This document shows positions 1 to 13,209 of a stretch of DNA of 64,000 bases, piece by piece; the first letter of the stretch is position 1, and the number at the start of each line of letters is the position of its first letter. The stretch is from contig OZ037771.1 of assembly GCA_964035545.1 (NCBI GenBank), positions 12,523,133-12,587,132 on the forward strand, given 5' to 3'. The translations under genes and the position numbers were made by a program. Source of the DNA: Bugula neritina (Eukaryota > Animalia > Bryozoa). The notes under the pieces are model-generated. The model was not told where the DNA came from. It saw nothing but the letters and a program-made list of their open reading frames with translations, and made no database searches.

Positions 1-280
1 TATTGATAACTTTACATCCCTACAACTTACATCATGGACATCAGCTAGGGAATCTAACAAGTTTTACTGCAATATTGAATATTCATTAGTTATATATCTA
101 TCAACATATTGCAAACCAAAAGTTTCTTATGATCTGTTGTAAAAATTTGCTTGCTTGAAAAAGACTTTTTGTGCATTACTTAGTTTTCATTTTTTATAGT
201 GTAGGCAAATTTTGTAATTGCTCGTCTTATTTTGAATAAAACAATTATTGTTTAAATTATTAGCCAATTATATAATCAAT

Positions 281-282
<2 letters not shown>

Positions 283-350
<68 letters not shown>
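283..350. repeat. (TA)n microsatellite
   Basis: Pure TA run. The orthologous run is at ~22715-22805; another TA run is at ~4570-4643. Confidence 0.95.
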
Positions 351-353
<3 letters not shown>

Positions 354-1097
354 ACTAATTCTATAGCCAGCATTATTTTCTGTAGTTGTTACTGCATGAG
401 TGCTTACCACAAAACTTTCCTATTTATAGTGACACATATATAGATATGTTATATGATGCATGGTAATATTGACAACTTATCAAAGGTGCAATAACGACTC
501 ATTACACAGCAAATAATATACATGGACAAGCTAGTCTTATATAAAAGATATTTTAATGGCGTTGGCTTTTAAAGATTTTGACTTAATGGTTGAACCCTCA
601 ACTTTGCTATAAAATGACAAAGATATTATTTACATAAAAATTACTATTCTTCTTAAAACTATGGCCAAATTACAAATAGTGTTTGAAAGATTTTACATAA
701 TTATAGACATGTGTATACGTACATTTTAAATATTTTATTGATAAACAAAACTATCCTGATATTTTCAACAACAGCTTGCATTTTATTACGAATTGCCATA
801 AAAACACACAGTTTCGGCAAATATATGATGCATTTTACAATATGACTTAATGATACACATTCACAAATCAATAAACACCAATCATAAATAAACAAAGACA
901 ACAAATGATATATATTCAATTCGAAATATGCATTTGTAGTGTTGAGTTTAGGTAGTAATCTATTGCAGTAATTATCTATACAACACAACAGCATTGACAA
1001 AATACGCAAGTACAATATGAAGTTACTGTTTACTTAGACTTGGTGTAAACCCATGGTAGTAAACCAAGTGGTAAACCCATGCAGCTAATTATCACGT

Positions 1098-3264
1098 TTA
1101 ATAACCATGAATTTCAATCTCATGAAGACCTAAGCTTGTTTTAGCATTAAACAGAATCTGAGCAAAGCGGCCACTGATTGGTTGATCACATGTAATCCGA
1201 GTGTAGTATCTGTTGAGATAACCATCAACATATTTACACAGAACTTCTCTGTTAGATCCAGTAAACTCTATATCTTCCTCTACCATAGCAACTGTTACTT
1301 CTGTGTTCTCCGATTTCTTGCTGGAAAGTGTAGCTGAAAATACATAACTCTTATAAACTAAATTTCAATTTGCATCACATTACAAATCTCTCAACACTAT
1401 GCCAAGATTTTAAATGACAGAAATTATTGTATTGTAAAAATTGCTTGTCTACATTATTTAGCCAAACAAAAACAATTTGACATAACTAGAAACGCCTTAA
1501 AAATTTATTTCTAAATATTTATTTAATATTTAGGTACTCTTTTGCCAGAGGCTAAATACTATATTCATATAAGAGAAAATCTATCCTAATTTAGTATAAT
1601 ATATTAGAATGAAACTCACACAAAGAAAACTCTTAATAAATACCTACAACAACCACATTAATATAGTAATTATGATAATAGAATTTAAACTTGTTAATAA
1701 AAGGTTTTGCATTTTACAAATCCTTTTTAAAGTAAACTATCAAAGCAGTTTGTAAATTTTTGTTGAGGCTGCCGTGTATAATATTTATTAAAGGGAAATT
1801 GTATTTAAATTATTAAAATATGATTGAGAAGTATGTCAGAAAAATATCATACTTTAAAAAAGGTTGCTGCTGGTAATTATGGTTATTATCAAAGCTAAAA
1901 CTTGAGTATAGTACATGTTTTATCAACAAAACTGCATAATACAATTGAATTTACATTTAAAACGATTTAAAATGTTGACAGCCCAGACACAGTGCACATC
2001 TCCCAGGTCTACTCTCCACCATGGTCTAGTTTGAAATTTGCTGTTTGCCAGAGAATCCAATTCATTTGATAGCTCATACAGTCCATCGACAGCGGCTGTC
2101 GCTTTATACTTGGGCATAAGAACAGATGACAGTTTTGCTGATTTATCTAGATAAAAATATGGAGCTATATTTTTAAGGCTGAATTGTAGCCTAAACTAAA
2201 TCTTAGCTATAGAAAAAATGTCAATTTCATACTTTTCAACTGCAAAAGAGATTCTTTTCATTACCCAAGCATTCAATCATTGGCAAAATTTATCATTAGC
2301 AATAGATTATTCTTCCGGAAGCAAAAAATAAACAAATCATTCAAAATAAACTAAAATAAAAAAGTTTTAGCGGATAAAATGAATTTACTCACTCCTAGCC
2401 AGTAATTTGCTAAAACTTTCTCCAACATCTGTTCTGATGTAGAAATCAGAATCATCTCCCTGTCCTACAGCATACAGATTAGGATTAACACATGTTTTAA
2501 CAGAGCACTTCTTGGTTAGCCAATCAAATGTGAATCCATTGCATTCTTCTCTTCTCATGCAATCAAAACCACAGTAGCTGGTGGAAATAGCTGTCCCAGA
2601 GTCATGTTGTGAAATGTTGGAGAGAGATTCTGGCATGACATAACTCTTGTAGAGTGCAGTCTGGTAACCAAATGCAGCCAGAGCTGTGAGCCCCATCAAT
2701 AGTACTGCAAAACATAAACAAGCTTAAGTCTTTTCAGTTGATGAACGTAACACAAAATATAGTACAATAAAAGCGTAAAGTACTTTAATGTGCATATTTC
2801 TTAGTGTGCCAGGGAGAAAATCCTGGCTCTTTGCCAAAATTCGAATAAAAAATATGTTAGCTTTTTGTAGCTTGTTTAGCTATTTGTTAGCTTTTTGGTT
2901 TTGTTATTTTTTTTGTATTAGAAGTATTAACAGTTTACTTGCCAGGAAGGCGCTATAAAAAGCTGATGTTTGTAAGTAGAATTATAATTTTGAAGTTTTA
3001 TGTGTTTGTTGATGTTATTTAAAGTTTACTTATGTATGTATTTTTGTGCAGAATGTAGTTATTTTTTGATATTTTGATAGAGTACAAGACAAAGAGTAAA
3101 TAAAATTCAAAGATTAAGAAAGTATTGCTCGATGCTTGTTGCTAGCCAACTCGATAAGCCATTCCTGGCACACTTAGTGCATACTTCTTTTTACCAACAA
3201 TTGAAAACTTAACAATAAGCAAACCAAACATACCTGTTCTGAATGTCAACAATCTCATTCCCAT
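1098..3264 (-). CDS. Secreted PAN/Apple + F-type lectin (fucolectin/FTP) domain protein, copy 1, 256 aa, 4 exons
   Basis: Exons 3264-3234, 2704-2393, 2146-1955 and 1333-1098 join in frame over GT-AG introns (771 nt). Hydrophobic N-terminus MGMRLLTFRTVLLMGLTALAAFG; PAN-like CGFDCMRREECNGFTF..C; FTP motifs LARNKSAKLSS, AVDG, PWWRVDLG, VNILNR, C..PISGRF, LHEIEIHG. Confidence 0.85.
2804..3173. mobile_element. 370-bp MITE in lectin intron 1 (PIF/Harbinger-like if the TSD is TTA)
   Basis: TIR GTGTGCCAGG...CCTGGCACAC with TTA on both sides. Copy 2 has the clean empty site tttcTTAgtgcatac (~25840). Confidence 0.85.
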
Positions 3265-3440
3265 TTCCTTTCTATTATTCTATCATCTAAGTTATAACTT
3301 TATAGCTGAGAGAAAGTTGTTTATTATAGCTGAACCAGATATTACATAACCCAGCAACACTATATTTCCATATTCTATTATTTTGAGTGTTTCACTGCTG
3401 ATATAATGAGTTTAGAAGCATATTGAACAAAGTACGTGTC

Positions 3441-3756
3441 ACAAAAGATACTGCTTTCAATTATTTCTTTAAATGTATTATTTCTTAGACACTTTATATT
3501 GATTGCAATCATTTTATTTCAAAATAGAAAAATTAAAGCAGCAACATGAAACATGAAATAAAACCAATAGAAATGTTGATAAAAGCAAACCAATCTAACA
3601 CAAAGATACTGCCTTCAATTATTTTTTTTAAATATATTATTTCTTAGACACTTCATATTGATTGCAATCATTTTATTTCAAAATAGAAAAATTAAAGCAG
3701 CAACATGAAACATGAAATAAAACCAATAGAAATGTTGATAAAAGCAAACCAATCTA
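3441..3756 (+). repeat. ~158-bp tandem duplication upstream of the lectin ATG
   Basis: aaagatactgc...aaaagcaaaccaatcta occurs twice. It is also present in copy 2 (~26105-26422), so it predates the segmental duplication. Confidence 0.9.
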
Positions 3757-4564
3757 TTCATTTGTTTGTTGAAGTTCTTTTATCTGAAATGATGAACTTT
3801 ACGATTGGAAAAAGCAAAGAGAGCTTTACAAAATATATGATATAACTCTACTGCATAATCAGAGCATTATAGGCCTACCCTTAGTACAGAGATGTATACA
3901 ATTAGGTATACATTTTGTAAATCTTCAAAATGATTTTCAAAAAATATTCAATACTTGAGCAAGTTTTCTAAAAGTGAATGTCTAATAAACTACGGGAGAG
4001 TTTGCAAAAACAGTTACACTTGCCATGTAATGTGTGCAGTTTACAAAGCAAATGGTGTTGAATGACTATCACTTCAATAGAAGATATTTTTCAAAGTATG
4101 AAAAATTATTCAAAATGGTTCTATTTATTGATTCACCAATCCTAAATTATCATGTTATATCATTATATTATATTATCATATTATATTATTATATTATATT
4201 ATCATATTATATTATTATATTATTATATTATCATATATACCCGTAGTTACATGTACTATAGTAGTATGTTATAATAAGCAATATTCAGAATTCTGCTTAT
4301 TTCAGTCTTACTAAACATGATCTATTTGGTAACATGACTTTGATTCAATTATTAGTATGGTTTTTTTGTTTTATATGAAATAATTGATTCATTATTGAGG
4401 ATTATAAAAACCCTGCAGCATTATCTTAGTGTTTTAATTTAATCAAGATTGATGACTATATAACAATCCTTTACTATTTGGTCAGTTTTTTGCTTATCAC
4501 CCTGATTGCTATGAAACAACTTCTGTTGCAGATTTCCCATGTATTAAGTTATATATTATATATA

Positions 4565-4652
<88 letters not shown>

Positions 4653-7352
4653 GGTGAATGAATCGCATATTATAAATAAACAAATAAAATATATTATATG
4701 GAAGGTAAAGGGCTGCAGAAGTTGTAACAGAGTCCTGTCAGGAGTTGCATCATCATGCCGGGTTATATAGACAACCTCATAATCAAAGAGATTTATAAAC
4801 TCTACATACACATGAAATCAATAATAATGCTCAAAAATTGAAACTTGTGTGTTTGCATGCTCATGTGTGCTTGTGTGGTGGCTCGTGGAGCTACTATCGT
4901 AATAACGGGAAATGTTAATCCCCTTCTAAGTGCAGCACGGGGTCACTAAGTATATTCAGAAATTGTCATAATTTCATTAAATTGAAAAAGATATTTCAAA
5001 CAATGTTTCTTCACGTAGAAAAAACCTTGTTATAAACTACATTCCAACAGATATTTAATATAATGAAATAGGCAATACTACAATATCTAAATAATGTTCT
5101 ACCATTGTTGTTCGTAGTAAATTAAAAATACAGTCAATTTTCGTTGAGCAAACAATAGTCAATGTTGTTTATAGTTGCAACAATCGAAATTTGTTTCTAT
5201 GGCAGCCATTGTTTTCATTCTGATTGTTGAACTCAACTCACATGTTGTTCAAAGTATTTTGACAGCTCTCTCCTCTCTGAAATTTTACTGAAACTATAAT
5301 TCAAATTTATAACTATTAAGTTTAATGTGTTTTACTAATTATTTTGCTTTTTCAATATGCAGGTGAGCAGTTTTTATGTTAAAAATTAACACAAAGTCAA
5401 AATAATTTATCAATTTTTGAAAAAACAAGTTGAAGTTGAAAACTTTTTTAAACTTTGAAACCATTTCTATATACTTTGACTTTTTTAAACAATTTAGTTC
5501 CTTTAAAACCCTTTTTCAGTACTTCTAGTTTTCTTAAAGTCGAATAACTGTACAAATTAATCTTCATCTAATCTTGCTTCTGTGTATCTAACATATTTCA
5601 GCATTATGCATTCAAACAGAAGCTTATGAAGACTACAATGTTTGCATGATTTTGTAGTTTGGAATTGAGTCAATTCTGGCTGTCTTATGCTGGGCCTGTG
5701 AGCCTACCGCATCACTGATAATCGGTAAGTATGTTAGCAACATGTAGTTTTTTTATGGGCAGCAGAGAAAGTAAGGCGCATGATTTTAAAACTGAAGAAA
5801 TATATAGAATTTAAATCTTTGCCTAGTATATATCAAATTATATTTTATCCATGTTATCTATATGTTCATGTTTTGTCCAAAACTTTTACTTTATACTCCT
5901 AGCAAAGCAGAGACCTATAAATAATAATATAGTCGATATTTTTGCATATAATGTAAATTTTTATACTGAGTTTTATTAAACAAAATATTTTTGGTTGAAA
6001 TTGTCAACCTCCCTTGAATAGTAAATTGAAAGAAAAATGTTAGATTACACATAAATGGTACATATAGTATTGTTATAAGTACATGTTTTACAATTATATT
6101 TTATCAGGTCACAAAACAAACTCTCATTTCCTATGATGACTTGGTATCTAGATCAATGATTGGAAGAGAACTTGAAGAGCTCAGCAACTCGAATCTGTGG
6201 GGTCAGCTATTATTGCTTGATTATGAAAAATGTAGTAGCTTAACTGTGATTGGTGCAATAATATGTTACATTTTGTACGCATTTTAAAGTTGCCATCAAA
6301 GTATATCCCTTCAATGCTATATGTTGTGTTTTAATAGATGAGTGTTGACCACCAAAGACTGAATAAAAGTGAATGAATGGCGCAATGTGCTGAGTTTATA
6401 TAATAGTCTAAAAATAGCTTTTTTGTGGTAGCCAAATTAGGTTTACTAAGCTGTGCCATGCAAAACACAGAAAAGCATGAGATAGTTAAGAAAGCTATGA
6501 AACTTCAATCAAAGCTGTAAAAATATAACAAAAGCTTTCCGTGCTCATTGAATGTTTCAACATAATATGTATAATATTGTTGTTTCTTTATTTCAACAAT
6601 ATGATTTTAATGAAATAGTAGATTATCTATAGGGTAGTACCCGGAGGGTGGTAATGATAGCTTCTATTTAGCTAGTAAAGGCCCAAACTGGTCAGCACTG
6701 TAAGTCAATTCACATTTCACATTATATGTATATAAATGATCATCTGAACATGTGTTACATAACTATATTTGATCACAATAGTATGATGCTTTTTGGGTAT
6801 ATAGTTTTATATATGTACAAAACACACCATAGTTACACATATGGCATTGATTATTACTATAATTTGATCCTATTTCATGCAGGTGAGTTGCTACCTCACT
6901 CTGCATGCATGTATAGGGAATATCATGATTATCTGCTATTATCACATATAATATCAGTAATTCAAAATATTTATTTCCTTCAATAAATATATAATGTATA
7001 TGAATATGCTGTATATCCTTAAAATTGTTTATATAAATTGCACAACACCTCCTCTTATTAAAAAGGCAGCATATTCTATTAATTTTTTTATTTCCGAAAT
7101 GAATTGTTTATATTAAATTTTTTCGAAAAACATTGAAATTTCAACTAATATTCTAACTGCATTGAGGCAAGTCTTGTTTGTGTGCTCTAAACGTGCACAT
7201 TATACATTTTAGGTATATTCATCGAACTCAATAATATCTGGAATGGGTACGGGTGTACTTTGTAATGTAACCTCGTTGCCAATTGGCTTTGTGAGCCCGA
7301 GCATGCTCTTTTTCTAGCGGGAGAAAATAGAGCCGGTCGTCCATCATTTGAG

Positions 7353-8510
7353 GTATGTATTCACCCCGGAAAATGGCGTAGACACACAGTGTCTTAAATT
7401 AAAAAGGCAAAAGTTTCGGCTGACAAAGGAAAGTCTAGAGGAATTTTACTAGGAAGTTGTTGGAGCTCCCCTATAACATTCAACCTTGATATCAACAGTG
7501 AACACAGCACTCGTCTCCATGAAGTTGCATTCCAGAGTGCTGCATTCTACGAAAATTTTAACTTTGATAGTTGCCCTGACTATTAAATTAATATACTAAA
7601 TTTAGGTTGCTACTAGTACTACTATATCAGAATTATTATTTTGCTTAAATGTAAGCAATTGCAATTGTGAGCAAAGCCTAACTTTAAGTTTAAGTCTACT
7701 TCCACTTCTAGTTCTAGTCGTTTACTACTAGTACTAGTACTACTAGTAGTAGTAGTAGTCGTAGTAGTACTACGACTACTAGTACTAGTAGTACTACTAC
7801 TATTACAACAGTACAAGTAGAGTACTAGTAGTAGTACTATACACTTACAGTATGAGTATACTTATACTATAACTATTAGAGTATTACCAGTACTATAATA
7901 ATAATTACTATTAGTAATTACATTTAATTTTATAATCATAATGTTAGTATTAGTAGTACTACTAGTGGGGTGCCTGTCACTTCATACACATCAATATCAA
8001 ATAACTAAAATAAAAATGCATATTCCTGTTGTTTGATAATTATTAATATTTAATTATATTTAATATTTTTTTGGGGTTAATTGACTTGTGTACCGTATGA
8101 CTTGTTGGACAAAAACCCTTACTAGTACTAGTCTACTACTGCTGCTGCTGCTGCTACTACTACTACTGCTACTGCTATTACCACTATTAGTATTACTACT
8201 ATTACTAGAAGTAGTTGTAGTAGTAGCAGCGGCAGCAGTAGCAACAGCAGTATCATTGTAGTAGTAGCGGTTTTAATGGTTGCAATTGTAATAGTAGCAG
8301 ATTTAGTAGTCGCAGTTGTTGTAGTAGCAGTTGTAGTAGTAGCTATGGTAGTAGCTGTAGTAGTAGCAGTAGTGGTAGTGGGAGTAGTAGTAGTTGTTGT
8401 TGTAGTAGTATAAACATTATATTTAAGAATTAGACATCGTCTTTTGTAGAAGAAAATGAATTTTGAACAAGGATGTTGAAGAGCTAATATTATGTCTAGT
8501 TGCATGCTGG
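7353..8510 (+). repeat. Left arm of a long diverged inverted repeat (partner ~15900-18123)
   Basis: gtatgtattcacccc...ggcgtagacacacagtgtctt...aaagtttcggctgaca matches the reverse complement at ~17970-18123. The ORF track gives MQLDIILALQ..SKFIFFYK on opposite strands at 8505 and ~15908. Confidence 0.85.
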
Positions 8511-8740
8511 AGGTTGATCAAAGAACTAAGAAGCTTAAATCTATTCCTCACATCTGTTCTGTTACGCATAAAGATGGCTAAGTTACTTTTTCTGGTGAGT
8601 AATTTGAAGTATGTTGTATGAGTAAGAACTAGTATGATATGTACCTTGTAGTATGGTTTAGCTGTTTCATTTCAAGACTCAATATACTGTTTGTCATCGT
8701 TGTAGTCTTCTAAGATAAAAATACTGTCATAGTAAAATTA

Positions 8741-9084
8741 GGGTCATTTTACTTAATTTAGTACACACTAAAAATTTCCAGTTTTCTGCTATTTTTTACA
8801 ATTTAGCTGGTAATGAACATAGGTTTGTGCCCAAAACTAATAAAATATCAATAAATACACCTAAATAATCAAGGTTCTTCTTAATTTTGCTTGATTTCCC
8901 ATGTTTTCTTTCTAATTATTCAGCTACTTGGGAAATCAAGCATAATTAGGGAGAACCTTGATTATTTAGGTGTATTTATTGATATTTTACTAGTTTTGGG
9001 CAAAAAGCCATGTTAATTAGCAGCTAAATTGTAAAAAAGACAGCTAAAATTCGGAGATTTCCAGTGTTTGCCAAATAAGGACCC
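8741..9084. mobile_element. Foldback MITE (near-complete palindrome)
   Basis: GGGTC...GACCC ends, ~160-bp inverted arms (aaaatatcaataaatacacctaaataatcaaggttct / agaaccttgattatttaggtgtatttattgatatttt) and a ~25-bp spacer. TSD not clear. Confidence 0.8.
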
Positions 9085-10160
9085 ATTATTAAAAATGTTA
9101 TAATAGTAGTTTTTACTACTAGTGATGACTATTTTTGATGTCTTTATTACTGGGTGTACTGCAACATCGTTGACCCACATATACTTCTACAATAATTTGG
9201 GTGTTTAGCAGCTGCAACTAATTATAGTACTAGCACTCCTAATGCTGTGATTTTTGTATTTTTATAGTAGTATTTTAAAATATGATTATGTATATGTATG
9301 TTACTTCATTTATTGATCATCTCATGTATTAAGCTATGCACCTTGTTTAGCCTTAACTTAAAAAGTTGCTATAGATACTACATGATTTTTTGTTTGTTAG
9401 GCAATCAATTGATGCTGCAAGGTCCAAAGTTTTGTAATGAAATTCAAAGCCTTCTATCCAACTGCACATTACAATGCAGGGTGATTTGTTTATTCTGGCA
9501 GTTGATAACATTTTACATTATTTGTGCGATCATTTTTATTTGCTTTAAAATTGATTACACCGGAACCATACGTCCATCCAATTTATGGAAATATTTCATA
9601 ATTTTCATATTTCATGATTTAATTTGCATTGTCGTATATGTCACTGGACAACATTGTAGATATACTGCAATCACATACCATGATGTAACAAACACAGTAA
9701 CTCACAACCACACCAAACAGTTAAGACAAGTCGTCACTCTACTAGAAGTCTCCAAGAAATTGAAACAAGTTTCAGCACTGGCAAAGATACACCTCCATGA
9801 GCTGGCAGTGAAATAGAGAAGTAAGATTTAATTTATAGAAAGTTTACTTGTGAAACTTTGACTAAACTTTTCTGCAACATATAATATAATAGACAACATA
9901 TAATATTACTTGGATAGCACCTATATTTATATATTTACTGTGACTAATTCGATCACTTTTGATGACCTTCATCAAATTATTGTTACCTGTATGAGCTTAG
10001 CTACCATAATTTTAAAACCATAAATACCGGTTTTGTTTTTTTACTGGTGGTGAAATTTGATGTGAACATCAAAAGACAGTAGTGTAATTAGAAAAGCAAA
10101 TTTTAATTGTAGGGGTTATTTAAAAGCTTTTTTTAAACATTGATATATTTTCAAGTCATA

Positions 10161-10450
10161 ATTCTCACCTATTCTCACCTGTCTCCGATTTGTTCTGTTA
10201 GGGTACCGGGTGGCTGTCCCGAGTGTCTTCTTCATTGAGGAAACAGGATTGGATATCTTTTATGATAGTATCATGCCATCTGTGCTTTGGGCGTTCCGGG
10301 TTTCTCTTTCCTTTAACTTTCATCTCATGCACTTTTTTGGTATCATCCTCTTTCTCTCTTCTGCATAATATATGTCCAAACCACTACAATCTTCTTCTCA
10401 TTTTTAACACATTCGTAACTTTCACTTCTTGCTTTATGCTTTGATTGTTC
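10161..10450 (-). mobile_element. 5'-truncated RTE-clade LINE 3' end (degenerate)
   Basis: Minus strand reads RRRL*WFGHILCR...GKRNPERPKHRWHDTIIKDI, the typical RTE ORF C-terminus. It ends in a short tandem tail (AGGTGAGAAT)x2. Confidence 0.8.
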
Positions 10451-10644
10451 TTAAATTTCTAAATCCACTTCTTTATCTTGAATTCAAAACAAAAATCTAA
10501 AAGCTAACCCTACGCCAAAGCTGTTATCTATTTCGCACACCATAGGGTATTTTTGTCTCGCAAGAGCGGTTACAAAATCACAATTTTAAATATTCTGTTC
10601 CCAAAATTTATTTTATAGCTGCAGAGATTTCAAATTCACTAAGA

Positions 10645-12447
10645 TGTCAGAGCAAGCTTATATTAAAGAAAGTGTAGAACAGACCATTGAAGGTGTTTGT
10701 ATTTTTATTTACTATTTACTTGTTATTCTAATTTGATAAATACATGTTATCAAAGGTTTTTGCTACTTCTAAGGAATGAGGTAACTCTCCTATTTCTATT
10801 GATTTAATTTAGTGTTCACTTCATTTAAGTTGGATGTGTACTGTAATATTGTATATTGTGGTTAACAATTTTATAGGACGTAGCAATGACAGTGAAGAAA
10901 GTTTAACAGCAAAGGCAAGAAAAAGTAAGTGGCATTGCTTTGACAGCTTAAAGCAGGGCCTACATTTTTGTGGCCCTCAAAGGCATAAAAATTAAAATTA
11001 TTTTACACAAATATGATCATGAATAAAAGTGGAAAAACACCTTTTCAATATTTTATTTATATGCATTATAAAAACACGCAGCCTGCGGTAATTATTAGGA
11101 TTTCATTGTGTGATGATTAATAAAAATTTGGAATAAAATCATTTAAAAAATGCTGATGCTGTGACCTCAAGTTAAAGTTTACAATGTGGCCCTCACCACC
11201 AAAATATACCATTGTAGTGGCCCTTGCTCTGAAAATGTTGGAAACCGCTGGTATAGAATATAGACCGGAGTGTGCAACTGGAGATTCCGGGGCCACCTGA
11301 GGCCCTTTGCCCATTTTTAGTGGGCCTTTTAATACTGCAGGTAAGTACAAAAGTGCTATATGTATTCTGATGCGGCATAGGTTTAATAATAAATTACTTC
11401 ATTATAATAAAATTTATTATGTGTACAAACATGTCAATCTGTAAATATCAAAACTGACAGGGAGGGTTAACTATTTTTTCTTTCCAAATAGCCAGGAAAT
11501 TTTCCATCGGAAATTTGAAATTCCTTATATGATTATATACTCATATATGCGATTAGTTCAACAATAACAAAAGTGCACTTTGTATCTGTCTCTTGGTGAA
11601 GCTAGCTGATTATTCTCCTCTTTTCTCAGATTATATAATATTGGCTGTTGACTCATCCATTGTATTATAGAAAACATTCACTATCTGATAACACATCTCT
11701 GATTGACTACCGATTTGAACGAAATTGCTTCTGCGGCCTGAGTAAGTTAATGTATAATTTCTTTTAAGGCTTGAACTTTATAAACTAACATTTATAGCTT
11801 AACATGTTGTCTTCTATCAATGATTAGTTATTAAATTTACATGTATAGTATTAAATTATATAATCTGAAGTATGTAGAACTTCATCCAAGACTGTAGCTT
11901 TTTCTTCTTTTACAAATTAATGTTTAAAGTATATTTTTTAATTTACTTGTTAGTCTGTCATGCTATCCATAATGGATGGTGCAATGCCTTGCACAGCACT
12001 GTAGAAAACATGCGACAAAAGGAATACAATTTAAAGATATACTTGTTAAACTATTTTACCTCTATCAGTAATTATAGCAAATCTTTGTGATGCAGTTTAT
12101 AATTATGAACTACACACATGTATTGCCAAGATATATTATAATATTGTGACAATGTGACAATCTAAAAGATCACATTTTTAGAAATCCAAATGAAGTTAAA
12201 GAGATGAATGTCTTCATTAAAAAAGTGAAGAGTGCTATTGGTAGAGATGGGTTAGATGATGGAGTATGTGTGTTTGAGAAAGTGATAGACCATCAGATAA
12301 CATTGGAAGATATTGAAGAGGAAGGTGATGAAGTTGTCTCCCCAATTAGTAACAAAATACAACTTACAAATCTACATTATACGATTTACTTCGATGCATT
12401 AGAAAGAAAATTAGGAGTGACAGTGACACTAAAGCTATATCCTATAG
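10645..12447 (+). pseudogene. Unidentified exon-like fragments
   Basis: AG/GT-bounded segments ~10645-10693 (MSEQAYIKESVEQTIE) and ~10877-10924 (RSNDSEESLTAKARK), plus ~12182-12447 (NPNEVKEMNVFIKKVKSAIGRDGLDDGVCVFEK...; GC donor at best). An intervening candidate exon at ~11630-11741 has stops. No family recognised. Confidence 0.3.
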
Positions 12448-13209
12448 GCAAACAAATTTTTTTAATTTTATTACCCCACATTGTGTATGTGACACTGAAT
12501 TAAGAACTACAGTTAGTAGTAACTTGAATATGTATGTATTTCCAAACCCCAGACCCCATCTTTTGGGTGGAGCCTCCTTTATTTTTTATAATTGTACTGC
12601 ATGTATAGCAAAAGTTATTTAAACTTTTTATGACATTGAATAAAAAAATTGCGTATTTAAATAATGCGATATAATTGTAAAACATTTAGTATAACATTGA
12701 TTGCATAATAGTAGAGTTTTCTGGTTTGCATGCTAAGTTGCATGGTAGTTTTAAATATTTGCCTTAATTCTTTATTTTGTCATCAGCCCATAACTAATTT
12801 TTTCATGTGTTAAATAATGTAACTACGCTAACAAACAGTGATGTGTATTTATAGTAGGTACACCAAAAGTTCATTTTAACTGCTAAAGATTATTAGAATA
12901 AGGAACAATTATAATGAGTCACAGTATTATTAAGCGTTAATTATAACCAAAATACTAAGTCTAGTTTACACATGACCCCAAAATTACTATGATGCTGGAG
13001 TTGCAGGAACTCAATCAAAAATAGTAGTCATCATTGTTTCAATGTTGAAAATACAATTCAAATAAATGCAAGAATAACAATATTGCTATGATAATTTGTA
13101 GACAATACCGGCCTACATTCTAAAATTGATAGTTTAGTATTTCCCTTCAAGACATTGCTGACAGAAGTTGACATTTTATGCATTGTAAAAGGCATTGCTA
13201 TCACATATG

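Larger units (their letters stand above)
1..7219 (+). repeat. Segmental duplicate, copy 1 (direct repeat of ~22432-29649)
   Basis: Colinear near-identity from tattgataac (1 / 22432) to ttttaggtatatt (7219 / 29649), with copy-specific indels. It may extend left of the window. Confidence 0.95.

Noticed and set aside
9298-9816. 172-aa ORF
   Set aside because: AT-driven composition, no recognisable motif and no coherent exon chain.
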